Shown here: positions 1 to 9,627 of the stretch, in pieces | How positions within the stretch are numbered: the stretch's first letter is position 1 | How the letters are laid out: every line of letters starts with the position of its first letter | DNA from: an uncultured Thiomicrospira sp. | Lineage (GTDB): Bacteria; Pseudomonadota; Gammaproteobacteria; CAKMZV01 | Length of the DNA stretch: 64,000 nt | NCBI GenBank assembly: GCA_965195345.1 | Contig: OZ239628.1 | Location: 352,001 to 416,000, forward strand | Direction of reading: 5' to 3' | Made by a program: the position numbers and the translations under genes | The notes under the pieces: model-generated | What the model was told of the DNA's origin: nothing | The model's database searches: none | Seen by the model: the letters and a program-made list of their open reading frames with translations, nothing else

Positions 1-1208
1 ATATCAAGCGCTTTGCTCCAACTCTCTACTATTTGAGTAACGATGTTAAGTTTGCCAAGTTGCTGCTGACATTGCTCAAGGTGACGTTTCCCCTCAAGGC
101 AACAGACAATCTGTTTGGGCTGTAGTTTATGCGCATTGAGGACGCTTTTAAATCCTTCGCTCATTGAACTGTTTAATGGACGTAGGTCTGTATTGAGACT
201 GTTAAGCTGTAGATTTAAGCGTGCTCGTTGTAAGTAAAGAGGATTTTTTTTACTTAGTAAGTCTTTCAACAATTTAGGGTTAATGAAGAGTTCTTCTGGG
301 GGAACGCATGGTTGGCTCAAGTCTTGGCGCGTTTTATGTCGCTGTAAGCATTGATTCCAAAATATTTTGCCACTGGCTAATGCGCTTGGGCAGATAATTA
401 CTTGTGTTTCTTCGGGCAAATAATCAAAAAAAGAACACAACGTTGAAGTGTGAAGCCAAGGAAGGAAAAATTCAATCCCAGGAAACTCTTTTCCAGAGCT
501 TATTTTTTGATAGATTGTGCTGTGGGCAGAATTAATGCCTAATTGTCGAAATGACTTGCGAAATTTTTCTATGGTTTCAGATGTTAGACTAAATTCATTA
601 GAAGGCAATAAATCAATACTATCAACATTTTTTAATGTTCGTTGGCTTTCAGGGTTAAAGGATCGAATGCTTTCTATTTCGTAATCAAAAAAATCAAAGC
701 GATAGGGCACAGACGACCCCATAGGAAATACGTCAAAAATAGAACCTCGAGAAGAATATTGACGTGCTTCGTTTACTGTGGCTGTACGGGTGTACCCTGC
801 ACGGTCAAGTTGTTCTGAAAAATGCATCGTATTGAGACGATCACCTACCGTAAATTGGAAACGTTCTCCGTTTATCCAATCAGAAGGAGGAAGATAATGC
901 ATTAGAGTATTTGCTGAAATAACCATGATTTCTGGCATGCTATCACCCATGAGGGACAGCCTTTTAGACACTAAATCAGGAGGTGGTGAAAATGTATCGT
1001 AAGGTAATATTTCTCGATCGGGGAAACAGGCAATTTTTCTATTTGGGCAAAAGGAAGACAATTCATGCACTAATTGGTTTACTGCATGTATGTCCTTTTC
1101 AATAATTAGTACTTTGTCAGTATTCTTTAAATATTGATTTATGACGTAGGCGTTCGTTCCTTCAACAACGCCACCTAACGATTCAGGCAACTCTTTTTGA
1201 AAAGACAT
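1..1208 (-). CDS. mfd: Transcription-repair coupling factor, N-terminal part (runs off the window start)
   Basis: Not in the ORF track. Reading the minus strand from ATG at 1208 gives MSFQKELPESLGG...FPDREILPYDTFSPPPDLVSKRL...RGSIFDVFPMGSSVPYRFDFFDYEIESIRSFNPESQR, which matches Mfd N-terminal UvrB-homology motifs. Confidence 0.93.
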   Translation of the reverse strand, partial: MSFQKELPESLGGVVEGTNAYVINQYLKNTDKVLIIEKDIHAVNQLVHELSSFCPNRKIACFPDREILPYDTFSPPPDLVSKRLSLMGDSMPEIMVISANTLMHYLPPSDWINGERFQFTVGDRLNTMHFSEQLDRAGYTRTATVNEARQYSSRGSIFDVFPMGSSVPYRFDFFDYEIESIRSFNPESQRTLKNVDSIDLLPSNEFSLTSETIEKFRKSFRQLGINSAHSTIYQKISSGKEFPGIEFFLPWLHTSTLCSFFDYLPEETQVIICPSALASGKIFWNQCLQRHKTRQDLSQPCVPPEELFINPKLLKDLLSKKNPLYLQRARLNLQLNSLNTDLRPLNSSMSEGFKSVLNAHKLQPKQIVCCLEGKRHLEQCQQQLGKLNIVTQIVESWSKALD

Positions 1209-1634
1209 GTTCAATAGATTGACTCTTTAAGAGAGGGGTTATTTTAATTATGCGGATAAGATTTTTTGTAAACATAACTCTGGCTTTTTGAGTGCGTGTT
1301 TAATTTACGTTCGGCATTATAAGTGGAAGGAAAAATCTTTGAATGTCTTTCCTATGATGATTTTTTTCATTGTTGAAAATCAATGGTGATGTTTTTAAAA
1401 CATGCATCTAAACAGCTCTGTTTTAGGTTACGAGTAAATGAAATAATGGTTATTACAATTGTAAAATTCTACTTAGATGCAAAATCCCAAGTTGCCTTTC
1501 ACAACTAAAAGAAAAGTAATGCCTTAGATAGCCCTGAATTTCGTGTGGTTTAAGCGTAAAATACCGCCATCTTTTTGGCACATCGAAAGCTATCTAATTT
1601 TACAGCAATAAACGCAGACATTAATTTTGGTTAA

Positions 1635-1724
1635 TTGTGTGTTTCGTGCCTGCAGCACAAGCAACAACGCGCTTACTTTTTCTTCTCCGTTGAAACGAGG
1701 GTGGGTTCGGTTGTGCTAAGCCGA
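1635..1724 (+). promoter_or_regulatory. Candidate structured 5' leader of sulP (hairpins with an alternative pairing)
   Basis: Hairpins at 1635-1667, about 1684-1700 and 1707-1724. AGCACAA (1654-1660) is also complementary to TTGTGCT (1711-1717). The block is locally GC-richer than the surrounding intergenic DNA. Confidence 0.35.
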
Positions 1725-1796
1725 TAGTACAGAATTTGATAATACCAATTGAACCATTAAAACTTGCCAATCTCGTAAATTTTTTCAACATACTCT

Positions 1797-3410
1797 ATGA
1801 AACCATTTTTGCACCACTTTACGATTGACCCAAAGAACGATATTCTTTCAGGGCTAACAGTAGCGCTTGCGCTTATTCCAGAGGCAGTTGCCTTTGCCTT
1901 TATTGCGGGTATTGATCCTTTGGTCGCTTTATATGGCGCTTTTATGATGGGGTTAATAACGTCACTATTTGGTGGGCGACCCGGTATGATTTCTGGCGCA
2001 ACCGGTGCGATGGCAGTGGTTATGGTTCACATGATTCAGCAAGGGAATCAAGTGGGGCTCAGTTTAGCCGAACCTATAGAAAATTTAGGGCTTCAATGGT
2101 TGTTTATAACATTATTATTGGTGGGTGGGATACAAATTACCGCAGGCGTTTTTAGACTGGGTAAATTTGCACGTCTTATCCCACACTCTGTGATGATGGG
2201 GTTTGTCAATGGCTTAGCGATTGTCATTTTCCTTTCTCAATTAGGCATGTTTCAAACGAATAATAATGGTTCGATCTCTTGGTTAACGGGAAATTCGCTA
2301 TACACCATGATTGCACTGGTAGTGTTAACGATGGGCATTATGTACGGCTTGCCAAAGTTCACCAAAAAAGTACCAGCCGCATTGACTGCTATCCTGATTG
2401 TTGCGGCGATTACCATTTTTGGCGATATAGAGGTTAGTACTGTCGGTAGCTTCATTCGTGATGGTGGGGGAGAAGGGTTGCAAGGTTCGCTGCCGTCTTT
2501 TCAGTCTGGATTGTTTGCATTTGTTACAACTTTAGATGGTCATTGGGGTTTGATAATATCGACCGCATTTTTACTGGCTGCTGTTGGTTTAATTGAGTCT
2601 TTAATGACTTTAAACTTGATTGATGAGATGACTGAAAGGAGAGGGAGTGGCAATCGAGAATGCGTTGCACAAGGTGGTGCGAATGTTTTAAACGGTTTGT
2701 TCGGAGGCATGGGTGGTTGTGCAATGATAGGGCAATCTATCATTAACATTAACTCAGGTGGCAGAGGACGCTTATCGGGAGTTGTTGCCTCTATTGCGCT
2801 ACTTTGTTTTATTTTATTTGGCGCATCTATGATTGAACAGATCCCCATTGCTGCACTTGTAGGCGTGATGTTTATGGTTGTTGTAGGAACGTTTGCGTGG
2901 AGTAGCTTTAGAATTATAAATAAAATACCCAGATCGGATGCTTTTGTTCTGATTTTGGTTTCTGCAGTAACCGTTTGGCAAGACTTAGCCATTGCTGTGA
3001 TTGTTGGCGTTATTATTTCAGCGTTGGTGTTTGCTTGGAGAAACGCCACCATGATCCGAATTCGTAAAAGAATGAAAGAAGATGGCACCAAAGTTTATGC
3101 CGTCTGGGGACCTTTGTTTTTTGGTTCAGTGCTGAATTTTAATACCAAATTCATGGTAAAAGATGATCCTGATAAAGTAGAGATTGATTTTATTGAATCA
3201 AAGATAAGCGATCATTCTGGTGTTGAGGCTATTCAAGCTTTAGCCAACAGATATCTGGAAAGAGGGAAAAAATTAAGATTGACGCATCTAAGCCCAGATT
3301 GTATAAAAATTTTAATGACGATGGATCCTAAGCTTGAGGAAATAATCGATCGTTCAATCGATGATCCGCGCTATTACGTGGTTACAGACAAAGTTGACAT
3401 AGAAACATAA
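1797..3410 (+). CDS. SulP family inorganic anion (sulfate/bicarbonate) transporter with C-terminal STAS domain
   Basis: Motifs DILSGLTVALALIPEAVAF, GRPGMISGATG and GGMGGCAMIGQS; multiple TM helices; STAS-like tail GPLFFGS...DHSG. Confidence 0.95.
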   Translation: MKPFLHHFTIDPKNDILSGLTVALALIPEAVAFAFIAGIDPLVALYGAFMMGLITSLFGGRPGMISGATGAMAVVMVHMIQQGNQVGLSLAEPIENLGLQWLFITLLLVGGIQITAGVFRLGKFARLIPHSVMMGFVNGLAIVIFLSQLGMFQTNNNGSISWLTGNSLYTMIALVVLTMGIMYGLPKFTKKVPAALTAILIVAAITIFGDIEVSTVGSFIRDGGGEGLQGSLPSFQSGLFAFVTTLDGHWGLIISTAFLLAAVGLIESLMTLNLIDEMTERRGSGNRECVAQGGANVLNGLFGGMGGCAMIGQSIININSGGRGRLSGVVASIALLCFILFGASMIEQIPIAALVGVMFMVVVGTFAWSSFRIINKIPRSDAFVLILVSAVTVWQDLAIAVIVGVIISALVFAWRNATMIRIRKRMKEDGTKVYAVWGPLFFGSVLNFNTKFMVKDDPDKVEIDFIESKISDHSGVEAIQALANRYLERGKKLRLTHLSPDCIKILMTMDPKLEEIIDRSIDDPRYYVVTDKVDIET

Positions 3411-3610
3411 GCCTTAAAGCATTAGGGTCAAACGGTATCAAATGATTACTTAGAGCGCTTTAGCGAGAGGAAGTTACTGGAGCGTTTTGCCACACACCAT
3501 ATTCAACATAATACTATTTATTCACAAAATCACCTTCATCGTTGAAAGAATTGGATTACTATGGATTATGTCGTAAAATCTAGGGTTTTAAATTATCAAG
3601 TCAGACATTC

Positions 3611-4498
3611 ATGTCATCAAAACATCCAGTTGTAGCAATTACAGGCGCCAGTGGAGCAGGAACTACAACAGTTAAGCACGCGTTTGAAGCAATTTTTGCA
3701 ATAGAAAAATTAAATGTTGCTATGGTTGAAGGTGATAGTTTTCATCGTTACAGCAGGGAAGAAATGCGGGCTCGAACTGCTGAGTCAAGGCAATATAGCG
3801 AAAAAGTATTCACACACTACAATGAAAAAGCAAATCATTTAGGAAAACTTGAGAAACTCTTTAAAACCTACGGTGAATTAGGTTCAGGACGCGTGCGTCA
3901 CTATGTTCATGATAAGCATTCACGTGATTTTGAGAAAAAAAGAGGTGTTGGGGAGGGCGAGTTTACCCCATGGCATGAATTACCCAAAAATACGGATTTG
4001 CTAATGTACGAGGGGCTTCATGGGGGCGTGGTGACTAAAAGTGTTAATGTTGCTCAATGGGTTGATTTATTGGTCGGTGTTGTTCCTTGCATTAATATTG
4101 AGTGGATGCAGAAAATTTGGCGTGACTGTCGGGATAGACTCTACACTCCAGAACAAGTGAGTGATGTTATTTTAGAACGTCTGCCAGATTACATAAAATA
4201 TATTGCGCCCCAGTTTGACAGAACACATATTAATTTTCATCGCATTCCATTGATTGATACGGGAAATCCTTTTTCTTTTGGAAACCCAAAGCATGTTCCC
4301 ACACCAACGGAATCAATGGTTGTTATTTCGGCACGAAAAGTGGATATTGATTTAGCACCATTAATTGAAAATATTGAGGGGGCTAAGTGTTCCAATGAAC
4401 ACACAATTGTCATCCCAGGAGAAAGTATGCTGAAAGCTATGAATTTGTTATTATTGCCGATTATTAAAAAAATGGTCAACGTTGCCAAATCTACTTGA
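3611..4498 (+). CDS. prkB: Phosphoribulokinase (bacterial PrkB/CbbP type)
   Basis: P-loop HPVVAITGASGAGTTT and PRK motifs EGDSFHRYSR, YEGLHG and QKIWRD..DR. Confidence 0.92.
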   Translation: MSSKHPVVAITGASGAGTTTVKHAFEAIFAIEKLNVAMVEGDSFHRYSREEMRARTAESRQYSEKVFTHYNEKANHLGKLEKLFKTYGELGSGRVRHYVHDKHSRDFEKKRGVGEGEFTPWHELPKNTDLLMYEGLHGGVVTKSVNVAQWVDLLVGVVPCINIEWMQKIWRDCRDRLYTPEQVSDVILERLPDYIKYIAPQFDRTHINFHRIPLIDTGNPFSFGNPKHVPTPTESMVVISARKVDIDLAPLIENIEGAKCSNEHTIVIPGESMLKAMNLLLLPIIKKMVNVAKST

Positions 4499-4523
4499 CG
4501 AATAGCAAGTAAAAGCATACAAT
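4495..4523 (+). promoter_or_regulatory. Sigma70 promoter of the rpmH operon
   Basis: TTGACG (4495-4500), 17-nt spacer, TACAAT (4518-4523), then a GC-rich discriminator (TCGCCTCCC), 30 nt before the rpmH ATG. Confidence 0.75.
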
Positions 4524-4553
4524 TCGCCTCCCTTCAAAAAGCCAGTAGAAAAA

Positions 4554-4688
4554 ATGAAACGCACATTTCAACCAAGCACAATAAAACGTAAACGTACACA
4601 TGGATTTAGGGCTCGTATGGCCAGCGTTTCAGGACGTAAAATTCTTAATGCTCGTAGAGCAAAGGGACGCAAGCGTCTTAGTGCATAA
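4554..4688 (+). CDS. rpmH: 50S ribosomal protein L34
   Basis: Below the ORF-track size cutoff. Translates to [44 protein letters not shown] (44 aa), immediately upstream of rnpA. Confidence 0.99.
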   Translation: MKRTFQPSTIKRKRTHGFRARMASVSGRKILNARRAKGRKRLSA

Positions 4689-4739
4689 ATTTTTGGCAAG
4701 TACAGTTGTTGCTTGTAATAAGTTGGTTGTTATTCAAAA

Positions 4740-5087
4740 TTGGCTATTGTCCCGCTTTCTTTTTCACGTAAATTTCGACTGGATAAAAAGTCAGAATTTA
4801 ATGCTGTTTTTAATGGCTGTAAAGCCTACAGAAGAGGGACTTCAACCGCATTAGTTTCCAAAAACACATTGTCTCATCCACGCTTAGGAGTAATTGTTTC
4901 AAAGCGGAAAGTGAATAAGTCGTACAGGAGGAACCATATCAAACGGCAAGTTCGAGAAATGTTTAGACTTAAACAACAGACTTTGCCAAATGTTGATATG
5001 ATAGTTATCGCTTCATCGCAGGCAATGAAAGTGGATAATGTCCGCTTTCGCAAAGATCTACAATCAATACTTGATTCATTGGAGTAA
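4740..5087 (+). CDS. rnpA: Ribonuclease P protein component
   Basis: PRLGVIVSKR and the RNR-like motif RRNHIKRQVREMFR; synteny with rpmH and yidC. Confidence 0.96.
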   Translation: MAIVPLSFSRKFRLDKKSEFNAVFNGCKAYRRGTSTALVSKNTLSHPRLGVIVSKRKVNKSYRRNHIKRQVREMFRLKQQTLPNVDMIVIASSQAMKVDNVRFRKDLQSILDSLE

Positions 5088-5090
5088 TTA

Positions 5091-6761
5091 ATGGAACAAT
5101 TACGGTGGTTTTGGTTAGCAATTTTTTTGGTCAGTCTTACTTGGCTAGGTGTGAATTACTCTGAATTTATTGAGAGAGAACCTCAAATACCTACTGCAAT
5201 AACGCAAAGCACCTCAGACATTCAACAATCCAAAGAGCGTATTAGTAGAGATACAACTGACGACATTCCTATCTTAGAGGATGACGATAGTACGGTTTTT
5301 GATGGAAATGGCGATACTGTTGCTTCAATACAAAACGTAAGTGGACGATTAATTCGTGTTGAAACAGATGTGTTCTCACTGCTTATAGATCAACGCGGGG
5401 GAACTATTATTCGAGCCGATCTTAAGAAATTTCCTATCAGCATTGAGCAAAAGGATATTCCAACGGAATTGTTAGATGAAGAAAGTTATAACATTCAGTC
5501 GGGATTGGTGTCTAAACAAGAGGCACCAACGCACGACGTCCTCTATGACTCACCTTCTGATGAGTACTTTATGGAAGGAAATAACATCCTTGAAGTGCCG
5601 CTGATTTGGCAAGAAAATGGTTTGCGCGTCGTTAAAACGTATCGTTTTAAACCAAATAGCTACGCTATTGAAATGCAAACATCAATCGAAAACAATGGGT
5701 CAGAAAGTTGGTCTGGTAATTTTTATGCGCAATTAATGCGTGACCGCCCACGAGACGAAGAAAGCAGCCGATTCATTTATACATATACAGGTCCTGCAAT
5801 ATACACTGGGGAAAACAATTATGAAAAAATAAGTTTTGATGACATTGATTCTGGAGATGGAAAGACACATCAAAGTCTTGGTAAGAAAATAAGCGATCCT
5901 TGGGTTGCTATGTTGCAACATTATTTTTTGGCGGCGCTTGTTCCAAATGAATCAGAACTTGTTAAATTATTTGCTCGTAAGGTAAAGGATAAATACTACA
6001 TTGGTTATACCAGTGAGCGTATCGTTGTCCCAGTTGGTGAAACGGCCATACTCGAACAAAATTTGTTTATAGGTCCAACGGAACAAAGCCGATTGACCAA
6101 ACTTCACCCAGATTTAAACTATGCCGTTGATTATGGGGTTTTTCATGTTATTGCTGCGCCGCTTTTCTGGTTGCTTAAAAACATTCACTCATTTGTTGGA
6201 AATTGGGGTTTTTCTATTATTCTTGTGACGATGCTGATTAAGTTGGTGTTTTTTAAATTAAGTGAGAAAAGCTATCGCTCAATGGCGAAAATGCGCAAGC
6301 TTTCTCCCAGAATTCAACAGTTGCGCGAACGATATTCTGACGATAAGCAAGAATTAAACAAACGGATGATGAGCATTTATAAAGACGAAAAAGTCAATCC
6401 CTTGGGGGGTTGTTTGCCTGTCTTGGTGCAGATCCCTGTTTTCATTAGCTTGTATTGGGTTCTGATTGAAAGTGTGGAACTGCGGCAAGCTCCGTTTATC
6501 CTATGGATTCATGACTTGAGTATTGCCGATCCATATTTCGTATTGCCCCTTATGATGGGTGTGTCAATGTGGTTTCAACAGCGTTTAAATCCTGCACCAC
6601 CAGATCCTATTCAAGCAAAAGTAATGCAATTTTTGCCAGTAATCTTTACTGTATTCTTCCTGTTCTTCCCTGCAGGACTTGTACTATATTGGGTGACTAA
6701 CAATGTTCTTTCGATTGCTCAACAATGGGTAATTACCAAACGCGTGGAAGCAGAAAAATAG
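5091..6761 (+). CDS. yidC: Membrane protein insertase YidC
   Basis: Motifs WVAMLQHYF, VDYG, GNWGFSII, NPLGGCLP and PAGLVLYW; large periplasmic domain. Confidence 0.98.
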   Translation: MEQLRWFWLAIFLVSLTWLGVNYSEFIEREPQIPTAITQSTSDIQQSKERISRDTTDDIPILEDDDSTVFDGNGDTVASIQNVSGRLIRVETDVFSLLIDQRGGTIIRADLKKFPISIEQKDIPTELLDEESYNIQSGLVSKQEAPTHDVLYDSPSDEYFMEGNNILEVPLIWQENGLRVVKTYRFKPNSYAIEMQTSIENNGSESWSGNFYAQLMRDRPRDEESSRFIYTYTGPAIYTGENNYEKISFDDIDSGDGKTHQSLGKKISDPWVAMLQHYFLAALVPNESELVKLFARKVKDKYYIGYTSERIVVPVGETAILEQNLFIGPTEQSRLTKLHPDLNYAVDYGVFHVIAAPLFWLLKNIHSFVGNWGFSIILVTMLIKLVFFKLSEKSYRSMAKMRKLSPRIQQLRERYSDDKQELNKRMMSIYKDEKVNPLGGCLPVLVQIPVFISLYWVLIESVELRQAPFILWIHDLSIADPYFVLPLMMGVSMWFQQRLNPAPPDPIQAKVMQFLPVIFTVFFLFFPAGLVLYWVTNNVLSIAQQWVITKRVEAEK

Positions 6762-8071
6762 CTTCTGCCACTATTGCAGCTATTGCTACCCCTTCAGGTT
6801 ATGGTGGCATCGGGGTAATCCGTATCTCGGGTAGTGAGTCGTTGTCTATATCTCGACAGTTAAGTCAAATTGAACCAGAGCCTAGACACGCCCATTTCGT
6901 CAATTTTTATGATGAAGATGGCTCCATTATTGACGATGGACTGCTTTTATATTTTCCTAGACCTCATTCCTATACTGGAGAAGATGTTATTGAGTTGCAT
7001 GGGCATGGTGGTCCAGTTGTTCTCAATCAACTTTTAAAACGGGTGTTTTCTTGCGGAGGCGAACCTGCAGATCCAGGTGCTTTTTCACAGCGTGCATTTA
7101 TCAACGACAAATTAAGCCTTGATCAAGCTGAAGCCATTATGGCACTCATTCATGCTTCATCCGAGCAAGCAGCGTCTGCCGCTCGAAATAGCTTGCAAGG
7201 AGAGTTTGCCAAAGAAGTTGAATCCTTGCGAGTAACCATTCAGCATATGCGTATTTGGGTGGAGTCGGCTATTGACTTTCCTGAAGAAGAGATAGATTTC
7301 TTGAACGACCAATCTTTGCTTGAACAGATGCAATTGAATGAAGATGCATTGCATGCTTTACAAGTAAAAAGCAAGACAGGGCAGTTGCTCACCGAAGGAG
7401 TACGTGTTGTTATTGCAGGTGCTCCTAACGTTGGTAAATCGAGCTTGTTGAACGCGTTGAGTGAGCAAGATAACGCGATAGTTTCTGATGTCGCAGGAAC
7501 AACTCGCGATGCAATAAACACACAAATTCTAATAGACGGATTATTGCTGAACATCACAGATACTGCTGGTTTAAGGGATAGCACAGACCCGATAGAACAA
7601 GAAGGAATAAAGCGAACCCATCAGGTGTTAGAAAAAGCTGATTTGGCTTTGATAATGTGCAGTGCTGACCAAATACAAAGTGACGAGAAAACGCAATTTC
7701 TTGATTGTCCGAGCATCGTTGTTTTTAATAAAATTGACTTGCTTACCGATGAAAGAAGAGTACCTGAAGGGGTAATTGCATTGTCATTGAAAACCATGCA
7801 AGGCTTTGAAGAGCTAAAAAAAGCAATTTTGGGAAAAGTTGGATTTATGCCCACAACGAGCACCTACAGTGTTCGACAACGCCATCTTGACATCATTGCT
7901 AAAGTGTCGGATCATCTCGCAAATGCCAGAAAGAATTTACAAAAACAAAGAGGGGAAATTCTTGCCGAAGAATTGCGTTTGGCAAGCGATGCACTTGGTG
8001 AAATCACAGGGAAAATGTTAGCTGATGATTTACTTGGAGATATTTTCTCAAAATTTTGTATTGGTAAATAG
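6725..8071 (+). CDS. mnmE: tRNA modification GTPase MnmE (TrmE)
   Basis: TIAAIATP, SYTGEDVIELHGHGG, GAPNVGKSS, GTTRD, DTAG and C-terminal FCIGK. The only nearby ATG overlaps the yidC 3' end by 37 nt. Confidence 0.97.
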   Translation: MGNYQTRGSRKIASATIAAIATPSGYGGIGVIRISGSESLSISRQLSQIEPEPRHAHFVNFYDEDGSIIDDGLLLYFPRPHSYTGEDVIELHGHGGPVVLNQLLKRVFSCGGEPADPGAFSQRAFINDKLSLDQAEAIMALIHASSEQAASAARNSLQGEFAKEVESLRVTIQHMRIWVESAIDFPEEEIDFLNDQSLLEQMQLNEDALHALQVKSKTGQLLTEGVRVVIAGAPNVGKSSLLNALSEQDNAIVSDVAGTTRDAINTQILIDGLLLNITDTAGLRDSTDPIEQEGIKRTHQVLEKADLALIMCSADQIQSDEKTQFLDCPSIVVFNKIDLLTDERRVPEGVIALSLKTMQGFEELKKAILGKVGFMPTTSTYSVRQRHLDIIAKVSDHLANARKNLQKQRGEILAEELRLASDALGEITGKMLADDLLGDIFSKFCIGK

Positions 8072-8140
8072 ATAGTAGGTGAAGCAGAATGTGTTTAAAA
8101 GATAAATACTCAAATATTAAGAGATATTGTTGGAAAAGGT

Positions 8141-8169
8141 TGGAGGCGCGACCTAAATTGAGATTAGGT
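8141..8169 (-). other. tRNA-Cys-like 3' fragment / hairpin (possible att-site remnant or terminator)
   Basis: Minus strand reads CCTAA-TCTCAAT-TTAGG-TCGCGCC-T-CCA: 5-bp stem, 7-nt loop, 7-nt acceptor strand, U discriminator and CCA. No matching 5' half. Confidence 0.4.
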
Positions 8170-8282
8170 TATGCGTTTAATAAAATCTTGTTGACTTGAA
8201 AAGTATGAAGCCACTAATGAAATATAGAGGTGGAAAGTCAAAAAACTCATTGAATGCCCGTCTATTAAAACTGCTTTTTATT

Positions 8283-8744
8283 TTATATGATGCCTTGGTC
8301 TAAGCTAACAGCCATAGTGGTTGATAGGGTCTGGCATTGGTCAAGGAAGGAATTTTTCCAATCACCGTGTAAAATGATAGCGGGTTGTACCCATCTCCAT
8401 CGCAGTCCAGCGGTAATGCTCTCCAAGGCGTTCTTTGTGCCTGTTCCATCTAATTTTGCTCGAATGACAGCGGCAACGGGCATCCCTTGTTTAATTTCAA
8501 GGCAAGGGTAGTATATACGGTCAAAAAAATCTTTCATGGCGCCACTCATATAACCTAAGTTCTCAGTGGTTGACAGTATTATTGCATCAGCCTCTAACAC
8601 CATTTGAGGAGTGGTTTTTAAAGGATGTTGTAGTTGAAAGCTGCTCTCTTCCAATATTTCGGACTGAGCGCCTATGCGTAATGCATCCGCAATGCGTTGA
8701 GTATTAGAGGATGGTGTGTGTGCAACAATTAGTAATTTTTTCAT
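8283..8744 (-). CDS. Flavodoxin family protein
   Basis: MKKLLIVAHTPSSNT, TENLGYMSGAMKDFFDR and DGTGT motifs. I chose the ATG at 8744 over the ORF-track start at 8783. Confidence 0.85.
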   Translation of the reverse strand: MKKLLIVAHTPSSNTQRIADALRIGAQSEILEESSFQLQHPLKTTPQMVLEADAIILSTTENLGYMSGAMKDFFDRIYYPCLEIKQGMPVAAVIRAKLDGTGTKNALESITAGLRWRWVQPAIILHGDWKNSFLDQCQTLSTTMAVSLDQGII

Positions 8745-8769
8745 TTTAATGCTTTTTGCCTTGACGCTT

Positions 8770-9627
8770 TCATGATGAATCATCAGTAGTGCGTTCTATC
8801 ATCCACGTATATAGTTTATTCCTATTATCGTTGGTGATCTTTGCCACTATTTTTGCAGCTCGAGTGTGTCCAATTTCTTTTGCTAAGGCAAGTGCAATGC
8901 TTTTTCCTTGCTCGCTAAGTTGATCGGTTTGTGTTGCAACTGAAGGAATAACGATAACAAATTCACCGCGAACCCAATCAGGGTTCTCATCAAATTGTTG
9001 TTTGATATCGACAGCACTTCCAACAATGAAACGCTCAAACCGTTTTGTCAGTTCTTTGGCAACGACAATGTTGGTCATATTTGGAACAATGGCGATTAAA
9101 TCGTCAATGGTGCTGAGGATACGATGAGGTGCTTCATAGAAAACACTGGTGTGATTTAGTTCAACTGCCGATATGAGTTGTTTGCGCCGAGATACTTGAC
9201 GGTTTGATAAGAAACCAAAAAAGGTGAATGGTTGCGTTGGAACACCTGCTGCACTCAACACAGCGGTTAATGAACTGGGTCCTGGAATTGGATGGACAGT
9301 GATTTTGTTTTTGTGGCATTCGCGGACTAAAACATAGCCTGGATCAGAAATAAGTGGTGTACCAGCATCACTAATTAAAGCAAAAGATTTTCCGTTCACT
9401 ATTGCTTCAATTATTTTTTTGGAGGTTTGTGCTTCATTGTATTCGTGATACGCTTGTAGGTTTTTTGCTCTTATTCCGAGTAAGTTGAGTAGGTTTTTAC
9501 TGGTTCGAGTGTCCTCACACAACACGGTATCAACGGTTTGTAATATTTCCATCGCGCGCATAGAAATGTCTTGAGAGTTTCCTATAGGGGTTGCTACTAT
9601 GTATAATTCACCTATGAATTCATTCAT
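8770..9627 (-). CDS. rsmI: 16S rRNA (cytidine1402-2'-O)-methyltransferase
   Basis: LYIVATPIGN, CEDTR, SDAGTPLISDPG, FYEAPHR, KELTKRFE, RGEFV. Confidence 0.97.
   Translation of the reverse strand: MNEFIGELYIVATPIGNSQDISMRAMEILQTVDTVLCEDTRTSKNLLNLLGIRAKNLQAYHEYNEAQTSKKIIEAIVNGKSFALISDAGTPLISDPGYVLVRECHKNKITVHPIPGPSSLTAVLSAAGVPTQPFTFFGFLSNRQVSRRKQLISAVELNHTSVFYEAPHRILSTIDDLIAIVPNMTNIVVAKELTKRFERFIVGSAVDIKQQFDENPDWVRGEFVIVIPSVATQTDQLSEQGKSIALALAKEIGHTRAAKIVAKITNDNRNKLYTWMIERTTDDSS

Noticed and set aside
1576-1591. Possible sigma54 promoter TGGCAC-N5-AAGCT upstream of sulP
   Set aside because: GG/GC spacing is right, but the -12 element lacks TT and no activator context is visible. Too weak to call.
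4600-4854. 84-aa ORF in the track
   Set aside because: Out-of-frame shadow overlapping the real rpmH (4554-4688) and rnpA.
8141-8214. Intact tRNA-Cys gene
   Set aside because: No 5' acceptor strand, D arm or GCA anticodon arm. Only the 3' fragment resembles a tRNA.
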